DNA from: a virus
Lineage: Duplodnaviria; Caudoviricetes
Strand: one strand, 5' to 3'
Length of the DNA stretch: 64,000 nucleotides
Virus record (IMG/VR): IMGVR_UViG_3300020112_000191
Coordinates: 30,234 to 94,233 of that record
The notes under the pieces are model-generated. The model made no database searches. It was not told the DNA's origin and saw nothing but the letters and a program-made list of their open reading frames with translations. A program made the position numbers and the translations under genes. This document shows positions 26,848-36,414 of the stretch, piece after piece (positions within the stretch are counted from its first letter, which is position 1; each line of letters opens with the position of its first letter).

Positions 26848-29181
26848 TTATATTAAACTGCTGCCATCAAGTTTTAAAGCACCATCAGCAGCAAGCTTCT
26901 TAACTATATTCTTGTTATATGTATCATTACCGAGTTCCTGGAGAGCCTTGAACAAGTTGTCCTTAAGAGCCATCTTAGTAGCACGATCAGCTTGTTTAGC
27001 TGCGAGTAAATTCTCATTCTGTCGAGCCGCGATCTCCATAGCTGTAGCGTTACGCTGACGTTCAGCTTCCATTACTCTACGAGCGTAGTCTGCGTCAGTA
27101 GCATTGTTAGCTGCTATAGCCTGGTTACGGCCAGCAATATTAGCTTGTCTAGCTTGCTCTTCAGCTGCACCAGCATTGATTGTAGCCTGGTTATTGAGAG
27201 CCATCAGAGCTACTGCTAATGCTGATCCGTTATTGCTTGAATGCTGAATCTTATTAGCCATTGAAGCAGCCTCATTCATAATGCGATCTGACTGCATTCT
27301 TACGTTAGTTGGCTTGTAATCAACATGTGCGCCACGTTCTCCAGCTGAGAAATTCATCTGATTATATGCGCTCTGCAATCTCTTATTTGCCGCCTCTGCA
27401 TCTGGAGTAGCCATGTAATCTCTTCCATGAATAAGATTGTTAGCTGCACCAACGATACCAGCATAACGAAGATCTTCAGCATTCATGTTGCTAAGCTTAT
27501 CTTTTAGTGAAGAAGCGAAATTGCCAGCTTTAGAACTAAATGCCGTAGCAACCTCTTTAGCTTTAGAACCAGCAACAGAAGAATAAGGAGGCTCACTAGT
27601 TGTTTGTTTCTCTTCTGGAGTTTCGTATTCTACACCAGAGATAACTTTGCCACCAAGAATCGGTTCGCTAAGTTCAGCCTCTACACTAGGTTCGATAGAA
27701 TTAAGATATTCATCTTGAAGCTTAACATTCTTTAGAGTCTTATCTAATTCAGCTGGAGTAAGCTTAGATTCAAGTTTGCCTGGATTATTGAGAGGCCTAT
27801 TACCTTCTGGTTTTGTTGGCTCTTCAGATTCCATTATAGGTTTCTTTTTTCCTTCTACTGGTTCTGTAGGTGTTGTTTCTTCAGTTTTATTTTCACCAGG
27901 TTTATTTTCAAAAATTCCCCATTCTCTAAGAGCATTGATACGATTTATATCTTCTTTAGATGGGCCATTCTTTTCTGGTAATACTGGACGATTTTTAGGT
28001 TCTTTGATTACAGGCTTTTCTGGAACTTTCTCTTCTTGTGGTTTTAGCTTACTTGGAGCATTTGGATCAAATTGACTAAGATCGAATCCTTCAGATGTAT
28101 CAACTGGCTCTTTTCCTTCAAGAATACGCTTAATGTCTATCGGATTAGTCTTTATTGCTTTGAATCCTTTTGACTCTTTCTTTTCGCCAGGATTCATAGA
28201 CTCTTCGTATTCCTTAGTAAATATTGTCTCTCTAGGATTTTGCTTTTCACCCTTAGTAACAACTAATTCTCCAGTGTTACCTTTTCCAAGAACGTATTCG
28301 TCATTATCTTCAACGCCTCTAGATTTAAGCTCTTCTTCTATGGCCTTGATCATCTGCTTGGTTGTACTCAATGTAGAATCTGCTACATCGTACATAGCTT
28401 TAGCATTTTCTTTGTAGCCTTTACCCATAGACTGAATAACACCTCTACGATCTGTTTCTGAAGAAGCACTACCTTCGTAAGTATTAGCAGCTGCTCTAAG
28501 AAGATGAAGTTTATGCTTTAACTCTGCTGTTTCTTTACCGCCATAAGTGGATACTGCATCATCATACATTTGCTTGAGAGATTTGTATTTATCTTCTCTC
28601 CAGTTGTCCGCATCGCCAGTTTTGCCGTAAGTTTTCTTTGTACCACCACCAGCAAAAATACCGCCTTGAGCTGCCATCTGTTGCTGCATCTCTGAAGCTG
28701 CTAACATCTGCTGCTGTGCTGCATCATTATCAGCATCTTGACGTGCCTGAGCTTCAATCTGCTCTGGTGACATCTGGGCCTGTGCTTCAACTTTCTTTTC
28801 GTTAGCTTTCTGCTTAACGTATTCCTGATTGCCGAAGAACTGATCCTTAAGAATCTTAAGCTCATTCTTGAATGTGGAAGATCCAGAGTGTTCTTTGATT
28901 TTGTCGTATTCCTCTTTGAAGGCATCTGCATAAGTCTGACCTATGTGCTTCTTTAAGAGTGGAGTATCAGCATATTCAGCTGTAATCTTGTTTCTGTTAG
29001 AGAGGATATTCTCATTGTCGAGAATTACTTCTCCTTGCTCAACAAGGTTTGGTGTACCATCTGGAGCTACGCCAACTGGAACGCCACCATTTTTGTTAGC
29101 CTCATGTGTACCGCCGACATTGATGTTTGTTACACCATTACGGAGATCATTGAAGGCTCCTTTAATGCTTTTAAGATCCAT
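26848..29181 (-). CDS. Cargo protein 1-like internal virion protein
   Basis: N-terminal GGTHEANKNGGV...NLVEQGEVI motif typical of crAss cargo proteins; disordered Pro/Glu/Lys middle; Ala/Asn/Gln coiled C-terminus. Confidence 0.7.
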   Translation of the reverse strand: MDLKSIKGAFNDLRNGVTNINVGGTHEANKNGGVPVGVAPDGTPNLVEQGEVILDNENILSNRNKITAEYADTPLLKKHIGQTYADAFKEEYDKIKEHSGSSTFKNELKILKDQFFGNQEYVKQKANEKKVEAQAQMSPEQIEAQARQDADNDAAQQQMLAASEMQQQMAAQGGIFAGGGTKKTYGKTGDADNWREDKYKSLKQMYDDAVSTYGGKETAELKHKLHLLRAAANTYEGSASSETDRRGVIQSMGKGYKENAKAMYDVADSTLSTTKQMIKAIEEELKSRGVEDNDEYVLGKGNTGELVVTKGEKQNPRETIFTKEYEESMNPGEKKESKGFKAIKTNPIDIKRILEGKEPVDTSEGFDLSQFDPNAPSKLKPQEEKVPEKPVIKEPKNRPVLPEKNGPSKEDINRINALREWGIFENKPGENKTEETTPTEPVEGKKKPIMESEEPTKPEGNRPLNNPGKLESKLTPAELDKTLKNVKLQDEYLNSIEPSVEAELSEPILGGKVISGVEYETPEEKQTTSEPPYSSVAGSKAKEVATAFSSKAGNFASSLKDKLSNMNAEDLRYAGIVGAANNLIHGRDYMATPDAEAANKRLQSAYNQMNFSAGERGAHVDYKPTNVRMQSDRIMNEAASMANKIQHSSNNGSALAVALMALNNQATINAGAAEEQARQANIAGRNQAIAANNATDADYARRVMEAERQRNATAMEIAARQNENLLAAKQADRATKMALKDNLFKALQELGNDTYNKNIVKKLAADGALKLDGSSLI

Positions 29182-29183
29182 TA

Positions 29184-29873
29184 TTAAATCCTTTCGTAAT
29201 AGTCTTCCATATCGTTAATAGAAGACATTGTATTATAATTCTCAGAAGCGAACTTAGCATTCTGCACTAACTGAGCATTTGACTTTCTAATTTCTTCGTT
29301 ATATCGATTTCTAGCTCTCTTACGACCGAATAGCGATCCAAGATTAGCTACACCGCCAACGATACCACCAATGAGAGTACCCATGCCTGGGCCACCAATC
29401 ATTGTGCCGTATTTAGCTCCCTGAGCGAATGCTGAGAGATTATCAGCTACGCCAGCACCGAAGCCTTCTTTCTTCATCTCTGTGCCGTAATTTAGAGAGC
29501 TAAGTCTTCGTGCTAAGTCATCTGAAGATGTTGCAACGCCAATTGATTGATCAGCAAGATTGCTTGCATTCTCTACTGCTTCAGCACGATCTCTTCCCAT
29601 AGAGAAGAGTCTTGATAAAGGATCATCATCAATCCTTCCGTAGATCTTCTCTGAGTCTCCAGCTAAGCCACCATGACTCTTTTGAGCCAGGCTTGTTAAG
29701 CCTTTGACTGCTACGTCAGCACCGATAGAAATTCCAGTAGAAGCCATACTGCCAAGTGCATTTGCTTTGACATTGCCTTTAGCTCCTACGGATTCGGCAG
29801 TGCCACCGCCGTCAAATCTGCGGCCTCCATTCATTATTTGACTGAATGTAAGACCATTGTAAATTGAATCCAT
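29184..29873 (-). CDS. Gly-rich membrane-active cargo protein
   Basis: 229 aa; glycine-zipper-like GAKYGTMIGGPGMGTLIGGIVGGVANLGSLFG followed by a basic patch. Confidence 0.6.
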   Translation of the reverse strand: MDSIYNGLTFSQIMNGGRRFDGGGTAESVGAKGNVKANALGSMASTGISIGADVAVKGLTSLAQKSHGGLAGDSEKIYGRIDDDPLSRLFSMGRDRAEAVENASNLADQSIGVATSSDDLARRLSSLNYGTEMKKEGFGAGVADNLSAFAQGAKYGTMIGGPGMGTLIGGIVGGVANLGSLFGRKRARNRYNEEIRKSNAQLVQNAKFASENYNTMSSINDMEDYYERI

Positions 29874-29898
29874 ATATGAATATTACTAATTAGTGCCG

Positions 29899-29930
29899 CA
29901 AAGATAAAAAGAAAAAAGGAGTATAGCAAT
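29899..29930 (-). promoter_or_regulatory. Host-type promoter for the cargo operon
   Basis: -7 TATCTTTG (29906-29899); ATTG 20 nt upstream at the terminator loop. Confidence 0.75.
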
Positions 29931-29946
29931 AGCTATACCCCCTTTT
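29912..29946 (-). terminator. Intrinsic terminator after the muzzle gene
   Basis: Minus strand GGGGTATAGC-tatt-GCTATACTCC followed by TTTTTT. Confidence 0.85.
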
Positions 29947-29948
29947 AT

Positions 29949-32900
29949 TTATTCTCTATAGGAAATTTGTATATCATCTACACTAGTTTTCCTACATCTG
30001 TTAATAATATCAAGCTTCTGAGAAAGCTCAATTGTTAAGTATGGTGAACGCATTGGATCACTTGGTTTAACAATGCTACGCTTAATAGAGCCATTCTGCT
30101 TAGATTTTGGAATCAAATAATGCCATTGGTTAAACATGTGGCTTGCTATTCCAGATGGCCCATTGTAAGGCTTAGAATTCTCGATATCTATTTCGTTAGA
30201 ATCCTGGTAATCATTGTAGCAACGCATCACATCAAACGGCGGTAAAACCTGGCGTTCGACAATTGAATCTCTAAGTTCATCTCTTCTTGAGAACATATCT
30301 ATGGTATCCCAGCAGCGATCGTACATTCCAGTTGGAGAAACAAGAAGCTTAATACTCATTGCTTCGTACTCAGGTATTCCGTACAGTATCTTAGGATTGT
30401 TGTAATCATAGAAATTACCAAATGAGAAAAGTAGATGTCTATTGCCATTGTTAATGTATCCAGTAGTAAGCGGCTTGCTATAGAAGCTCTCGAATGAATT
30501 ATAGCGTTCATTGAATGCCAGATAATTATTTGGAGAGCATATCAATGTTCGACTATTATATGTATCATGGAGAAGCAATAGATTGTTGAAATCTTGATTC
30601 TTGAAATAAGAATAGAAACCGCATTGCTCAGATACTAATGGAGTCTTGCTATTGACAGCGTACATTGCCTTGTTGTAGTCATCAAGGATATATATTGCAT
30701 CATCTGTAGAAAGCACCCTAGAATTAGATAGAGATCCCTTATTGTTGTACAAATAAACCTTGCCATCAACCTTACCGCTATTAGCTACCTCAATTGGAAT
30801 ACCAGATTCTGTAGAGAGCTGTGTTCTTGAATTAAACAAGATGTTAGCTATACCACGATCTTGGACGCAATAGATCTCATTCTTAAATGTTGTTAACGCT
30901 GTTACTTTACCCTTGTCAGCATCCATATCTAAGTATGAAAGTCCAGTTAACGTTCCCCAAGTATCAACCTTATCTCCATTAACTTTAGTGGTCGTATAAG
31001 TTACTCTATTTGCGTAGTCTTCCTCTATATCAGTATATTCATCCTTCTGATAATAAGTGAAGAAATTAGGCAGCTGCGAGTAGCTATAATTAATCTTGTT
31101 GAATGTATCTGGCCTAGCATAGATGGATGGTTTGCAACTTAGAATATCGTATCTGCCCATCATATTTGTACGAGATTCAAGAGGAACAACAACAATTTCA
31201 TTGTATTGTTCTCTAGCATCAGACTCACAATATGTACCAAGTAATTCAACTCTATTAAAGAACCAGTCACCTTGCTTCCATGTTAACAAAGCTTTTAATT
31301 TACCATCGCTATCTGTTGAAAATCCAACAGAACTACCAGCTACAATCCAAGGAGTTGTAGAATCAACGTTTATAGTCGTATCTGTAATACTATTATCAAC
31401 AATATCTACTATTATAAATCCAGCTTCCAATGGTGCAAGGCCAGTCATCAACTTTTTAACTCTTAATAAAGTATCAAGATCTGTGTTTTTAAGAGCACCA
31501 GGAAGAACGAAATTCTTTGTAACTCCGTTATAGCCATAAAGAGTAGTAGGATACGATACTGTATATGCATCAGCGTCGTATAAAGGAGCATAAGGCCTTA
31601 ATACCTGATCGTATTCAACACTAGATGATATAGTTTTTGGTAACGACAATACCAAATGTGGTGCTTGTTTATATTTCAAATTAACTATATAACTCTTAGG
31701 TATTATCTTAAGATCATCAATTTGATCATTTTTCCAAGTAGGAACCCCAAGTTTGTATCTAGCTTCTGTACTTGTAGGAGTTATTATTCTATAGTATTCA
31801 GCATCGCATTCAAAAAGTCTATATTTTATATCGCTCTGAGTCATTCCATCTATATGGAAAAATTCTCCCATTCCAGACCATTCTACTGCATCGCCGAAAT
31901 ACATTGGTAATCCAGGAGAATGCCATTTTTTGTCTGTTTCTGCAAGAGCATTTGATATTACATCATTCGCTGGAGATATCATTTGTGTATATATCCAAAG
32001 ATAAGAATGATCAGCCTTTACGTTAACAAATTCAAAAGCAAGACTTACTTTACTTTTTATATTGTTAGGTAGCGTAAGCCATGTACTACTTCCGTTTGGT
32101 GCTATAGCTATATCTACATTACCATCATATATCTTTGTGTCTGAACCTACAGTTATTGGAATAGAATCATTCAGTCCAGTAAATAACGAAACATTAACAT
32201 CACTTACAGGAGAAACAGACGCTGTTACTAATGATGTCATATTAGCGATAACAAGATTGGATGTATATTTCTTTTCGATTTTTCCATTCTCGAAATCGTA
32301 ATTACCTTCAGCCTCTTTACCTTGATTGAATTGAATATATTCTCTTTGGAATGGATATATACCCCAATTTGTAGCATAATCAGTATCAGCTTTCTTCCAT
32401 CCAGAAATCCAATTCGGAGTAGTAAGCAGTCTCTTAGCACCTATAATTGCTATTGCTGCTGCTGAACCTTCTGTAAATACCGTTTTTTGCTGTCCAATAT
32501 TAGTTACACTTGCAGTCCAAGGAGACGATGCTACTATCTTTTGTATAGCTCTAATTGCCTTCTGCTGCGCATAACAAACAAATGATATTCCGTAAGTTCC
32601 ATCACTAACTGGAGAATCAGTTACATTAACGTCTGGACTTAAGAATTGCATTATAGATGCATCTACAAAGAACTTAGTATTATCAGTCTTTCTTATGGCA
32701 TCTGGATCTATTTCCTTAGTTGATGCGCCAGTAGTGCTAGCTGCTATTATTGAATTTCTAAGCTGTCTATTATAGTAACTCATGCATCCAGCAAATTCAG
32801 CATTCGTGTTACAAGCTGGAGGCAACTGAGCCATGTGGCTAGATACTACTCTAGATAATCCGCTAGATACATTATTCTCAACTGCGTTATAGCCAGGATG

Positions 32901-34610
32901 ATCTATGAATAACATTTCTGGTTGCGTAGCTATAGATGCTACTCCATTTGATATGTTACGCATACACATACTGCTCATTACGTGCGATCCGCCTTCAAGT
33001 CTAGCTTTTTCGTTAAAAACAGTAGGATATACAATACCTTGACATTTATATTTAGATTCGCTTGCTTTAGGGAAGATTATAACTGGCCTGATTCTATAGT
33101 CTGTTGATGTAAATCCAGATTCCGTAGATGTAACAACAAGTCTTTTTTCAACTTTAGATATAGTAGAGTTGTTAGCTGTTGGTTTTACACTAGATGTTGG
33201 TGCTGTATTTTCTATTTCTACTGGATCACTCCAATGGCCATATTTGTCCATTATCTGGTATCCATATCTATACTTTTCATTAGCTTTAAAAGTTGATACA
33301 TCCCAGCTACTATATTTAAGTAAACTTCCTACTTTATAGCCATCAGTTGTTGTTGTAAATGATGATGAGAATGAAGATGTCGCTGTCGTTATATTCGCAG
33401 ACTTCGCGAATTCTGGTACAGACTGACTTGTAAAATTATAATTACCAAGAAACAATGTTCCATCCTTCTGACAAGCTGTATGAGCAATCAATATCTTATT
33501 GTTCTTTGTTGTCAATATACTACTATCAATTTGCTCTTCAGTATTTAAGAATGTTACTATTGCTATCTTTATTTTGTCTTCTATAGAACCACTACCGCCT
33601 CTTGCGTAAGCTGGATTATCTTCATCTATAAGTGATGATTCTTGAATCGTTGACGAAGCCGATGCCGTTTCTTCTATTATATCGAATTTACATATCTTTC
33701 TGCGAACTATTGGAGCGCAATCTTTAGTTGGTCTGTAAATACTATATATAACACATTTATCTATAGAATAAAAATCCTGTGGATTAAATTTTATAGTTAT
33801 TTTATAAGAACAACCGCCTTCTGTTACATCTGGTTCAGAAGCCCTGTCTGCATATACAGAGTTATAGTACAACGGAGAGATCTCCAATATATTACTTTCT
33901 ACATTATTTTTAACTACAGAATATGCAAATTGCACAGTACCATTAGCATATTGACCACCACCAGCATTTCTAGTTATTACAAATGGATTAGAAATATTCG
34001 TCCTCTGACGGACATCTGGAGAAGCTACAAAATATGAAGAAGGGATATCCGTATGAATAGCAGTAATTATTCCATTTACAGCTGTACCTTCTTCGTAATC
34101 TTGACCGCCCTGTAGATAATCAGCAATGTTAATTTTTATTACTGGAGATCCATTACCAGATACGCAATATACATTGATATTCTTGCTATTTTCATAAGAA
34201 GGAACGAAATCAATCTTATGCTTTGGCATTCCTTCTGTAGTTAGATCATTGTAGATATTGAAGATATCATCGGTCAGATAGATAATATCTCTTTTTGTAG
34301 AGCCACCTTCTAGTGTATATTCGACTGTGATAACATTCTTACCTCTTTCAGCGAGAAATGGAATGCCTACATAAACAACATATTTATCAATGTTGCATGA
34401 GCCAAACATTACTTTAATGTGCTGAGCTTTTACTGATTCGTAAACTGGTTCAGCTTGCATTGAGCCATAGGAATTATCATCATCGTCTGGAGTCAATCTA
34501 GCGTTCACAATTTCTTGCGCAAACTCTACTGCTCCGTTGGTATTTATAGTGGATCTAGAGAGATCCTTATTCATACCTTTCAACTTAACGCTTACTGATT
34601 TCTTCTGCAT
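29949..34610 (-). CDS. Muzzle / tail stabilisation protein
   Basis: 1553 aa; N-terminal KGMNKDLS, LFLGNY, EKYRYG...GHWSDP and C-terminal beta-propeller-like repeats; position after the first ring gene. Confidence 0.8.
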   Translation of the reverse strand: MQKKSVSVKLKGMNKDLSRSTINTNGAVEFAQEIVNARLTPDDDDNSYGSMQAEPVYESVKAQHIKVMFGSCNIDKYVVYVGIPFLAERGKNVITVEYTLEGGSTKRDIIYLTDDIFNIYNDLTTEGMPKHKIDFVPSYENSKNINVYCVSGNGSPVIKINIADYLQGGQDYEEGTAVNGIITAIHTDIPSSYFVASPDVRQRTNISNPFVITRNAGGGQYANGTVQFAYSVVKNNVESNILEISPLYYNSVYADRASEPDVTEGGCSYKITIKFNPQDFYSIDKCVIYSIYRPTKDCAPIVRRKICKFDIIEETASASSTIQESSLIDEDNPAYARGGSGSIEDKIKIAIVTFLNTEEQIDSSILTTKNNKILIAHTACQKDGTLFLGNYNFTSQSVPEFAKSANITTATSSFSSSFTTTTDGYKVGSLLKYSSWDVSTFKANEKYRYGYQIMDKYGHWSDPVEIENTAPTSSVKPTANNSTISKVEKRLVVTSTESGFTSTDYRIRPVIIFPKASESKYKCQGIVYPTVFNEKARLEGGSHVMSSMCMRNISNGVASIATQPEMLFIDHPGYNAVENNVSSGLSRVVSSHMAQLPPACNTNAEFAGCMSYYNRQLRNSIIAASTTGASTKEIDPDAIRKTDNTKFFVDASIMQFLSPDVNVTDSPVSDGTYGISFVCYAQQKAIRAIQKIVASSPWTASVTNIGQQKTVFTEGSAAAIAIIGAKRLLTTPNWISGWKKADTDYATNWGIYPFQREYIQFNQGKEAEGNYDFENGKIEKKYTSNLVIANMTSLVTASVSPVSDVNVSLFTGLNDSIPITVGSDTKIYDGNVDIAIAPNGSSTWLTLPNNIKSKVSLAFEFVNVKADHSYLWIYTQMISPANDVISNALAETDKKWHSPGLPMYFGDAVEWSGMGEFFHIDGMTQSDIKYRLFECDAEYYRIITPTSTEARYKLGVPTWKNDQIDDLKIIPKSYIVNLKYKQAPHLVLSLPKTISSSVEYDQVLRPYAPLYDADAYTVSYPTTLYGYNGVTKNFVLPGALKNTDLDTLLRVKKLMTGLAPLEAGFIIVDIVDNSITDTTINVDSTTPWIVAGSSVGFSTDSDGKLKALLTWKQGDWFFNRVELLGTYCESDAREQYNEIVVVPLESRTNMMGRYDILSCKPSIYARPDTFNKINYSYSQLPNFFTYYQKDEYTDIEEDYANRVTYTTTKVNGDKVDTWGTLTGLSYLDMDADKGKVTALTTFKNEIYCVQDRGIANILFNSRTQLSTESGIPIEVANSGKVDGKVYLYNNKGSLSNSRVLSTDDAIYILDDYNKAMYAVNSKTPLVSEQCGFYSYFKNQDFNNLLLLHDTYNSRTLICSPNNYLAFNERYNSFESFYSKPLTTGYINNGNRHLLFSFGNFYDYNNPKILYGIPEYEAMSIKLLVSPTGMYDRCWDTIDMFSRRDELRDSIVERQVLPPFDVMRCYNDYQDSNEIDIENSKPYNGPSGIASHMFNQWHYLIPKSKQNGSIKRSIVKPSDPMRSPYLTIELSQKLDIINRCRKTSVDDIQISYRE

Positions 34611-34612
34611 AA

Positions 34613-35248
34613 TTATCTAAATCTGTATCCTGGATCTCTATAATCATTTGCGTAGAGTGTAGAGCCCATAATTGTTTCAATATTAAGCATCTCTCCAGTA
34701 GTTGGTGTATTGTATCGGCCCATGAGCTGAGCAACCAATTCACCATAATTGCGCTTTACATTGGCAATCTGATTCTGCTGAAGCTTTCCCTGGTCGTAGA
34801 GATTCTCGAATTCTCTCCATTTGATAAATGCTTCGAGAGTATCAATGAAGAGTTCGTCATCTGGAATCATCGGGAATCCATCGCAGTCAGTAGGAACCGC
34901 CTTGTAGATAACTTTCAAATCTCCATTCTTGATAGCTGTCTGGATCGCTCTACCTTTAATCTGATACGTATTCATATCGCCATGCTTAACGAATTGAGAA
35001 GCTGGTCTCATAATAATGTCCTGTGGACGATTAACGAGAACTATGCTCTCGATCTGATGAATACCAATTGGCAGAGTTCCAAGATGATTCTCGATCTTTA
35101 CTATAGTATTCTCAGTAGTAAGTATCTGTGGTGCAGCAAGCTCACGCATGAATCTTACAGCGTAACGAACTACAGAGTCTATATTCAGATGAAGCATTGG
35201 GTGATCACCAAGATCATCCAGGATTCTGTGAATACTTGTGTACTCCAT
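34613..35248 (-). CDS. Tail ring / head-tail adaptor protein (R1-like)
   Basis: 211 aa; YTSI..IL N-terminus and YKAVPTDCDGFPMIPD motif; synteny. Confidence 0.7.
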   Translation of the reverse strand: MEYTSIHRILDDLGDHPMLHLNIDSVVRYAVRFMRELAAPQILTTENTIVKIENHLGTLPIGIHQIESIVLVNRPQDIIMRPASQFVKHGDMNTYQIKGRAIQTAIKNGDLKVIYKAVPTDCDGFPMIPDDELFIDTLEAFIKWREFENLYDQGKLQQNQIANVKRNYGELVAQLMGRYNTPTTGEMLNIETIMGSTLYANDYRDPGYRFR

Positions 35249-35249
35249 A

Positions 35250-35672
35250 TTATTTAAGTTTTACTATTTCATGTTGTATTTTCTGTGTCGGCATAAACTT
35301 CATTAGCTTTATATTCTTAATGAAGCAGCCGCCTTTATTCCATTTAAGGAAATACTTTACTTTGATGCGCTTTTGGATCCTGATCCATTCGCCGTTTTCC
35401 TTAAAATAAGCCTTCATTTTAACCCAATCAGGACAAGTTGTAAATTCCTTCATCTCTCTTCTAAAAATCGAAAGAGAGCCCATTTGTCGAGGTAATTCTA
35501 CTTTTGAACCAGCTAATACGCATTCCATTATTGAGTCGTTTACAGCCTCTACAATCGCCGTAAATTGACTGCCTGGTATATCGTCAATCTTGTGCTTTAT
35601 ATGGTTATAAATTAGATACTTATTGAAGGATTTTCCCCACTTACCTTTAGTTAGCATTTGATGGAACGTCAT
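35250..35672 (-). CDS. IHF/HU-like DNA-binding protein
   Basis: Basic 140 aa; GSKVELPRQMGSLSI resembles the HU/IHF beta-arm start; crAss-like position between ring genes. Confidence 0.65.
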   Translation of the reverse strand: MTFHQMLTKGKWGKSFNKYLIYNHIKHKIDDIPGSQFTAIVEAVNDSIMECVLAGSKVELPRQMGSLSIFRREMKEFTTCPDWVKMKAYFKENGEWIRIQKRIKVKYFLKWNKGGCFIKNIKLMKFMPTQKIQHEIVKLK

Positions 35673-36336
35673 TTATAGCTTCTCTAGCTTTGCCAGAAAT
35701 TCCCTTCTGGATATCTGGGCCAGAATCAGCTGAGTTATTTATATCGTCTGAATTAAGGTTAGCACCCATAGTAAGCTCTTTTACGCAGAGCATAATACAT
35801 GGTTCAATCAAATGCGCTTCGAGAGGAAACTTCTTTTCGATTACTGTATCGAGATCATCACCATAAGCCTTGACTGAATCAGTAAATACTGCACGAATTG
35901 TAAAAGATTCAAGATGCTCAACCATCGGATTGTCACTCTTGATGTAAAGCTTGTTATCTATTACAGAGGCATACAAGATATTCTTGCGATAAGTTGAATG
36001 ACCTAAATAAGGCATTCTATCTGGAGCTACATAGCAAATAGTATGCTCACCAAAAATATCACCTGTAACAAATACTCTTGGAGAGGCAAACAAGAACATT
36101 GTTGGAACCTCTTCATTGCTTACGAGATATTTACCAGACTTACTAAATGTAAGATCAATCGACTGGTAATCATCTTCATCGACTCTCTTGTTAAGATTGA
36201 CGTATTCTTTCTTTAAGAGGGCCGATCTAAATTTGTCTAGAAGAAATGTAACGTGTTCATTGGTGTAGAACGCATCGTCTGAAATACGCTTCATTTCGTC
36301 ATGCACCATGTAGATGCATTCTTTAAATGTGGCCAT
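35647..36336 (-). CDS. Tail ring protein (R2-like)
   Basis: 229 aa; ISDDA, RSALLK, FPLE and DDINNSAD motifs; synteny. Confidence 0.7.
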   Translation of the reverse strand: MATFKECIYMVHDEMKRISDDAFYTNEHVTFLLDKFRSALLKKEYVNLNKRVDEDDYQSIDLTFSKSGKYLVSNEEVPTMFLFASPRVFVTGDIFGEHTICYVAPDRMPYLGHSTYRKNILYASVIDNKLYIKSDNPMVEHLESFTIRAVFTDSVKAYGDDLDTVIEKKFPLEAHLIEPCIMLCVKELTMGANLNSDDINNSADSGPDIQKGISGKAREAINDVPSNAN

Positions 36337-36362
36337 AAATATATAAATTGCAATTATGGGTG

Positions 36363-36393
36363 CAAATATATAAATAAAAAAGGGAGATACAAA
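36363..36393 (-). promoter_or_regulatory. Host-type promoter (TTTG-N19-TATATTTG)
   Basis: -7 at 36370-36363; -33 TTTG at 36393-36390 at the terminator loop. Confidence 0.8.
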
Positions 36394-36405
36394 ATGTATC
36401 CCCCT
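36376..36405 (-). terminator. Intrinsic terminator
   Basis: Minus strand AGGGGGATAC-atttt-GTATCTCCCT followed by TTTTT. Confidence 0.85.
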
Positions 36406-36414
36406 AATTTTTTA

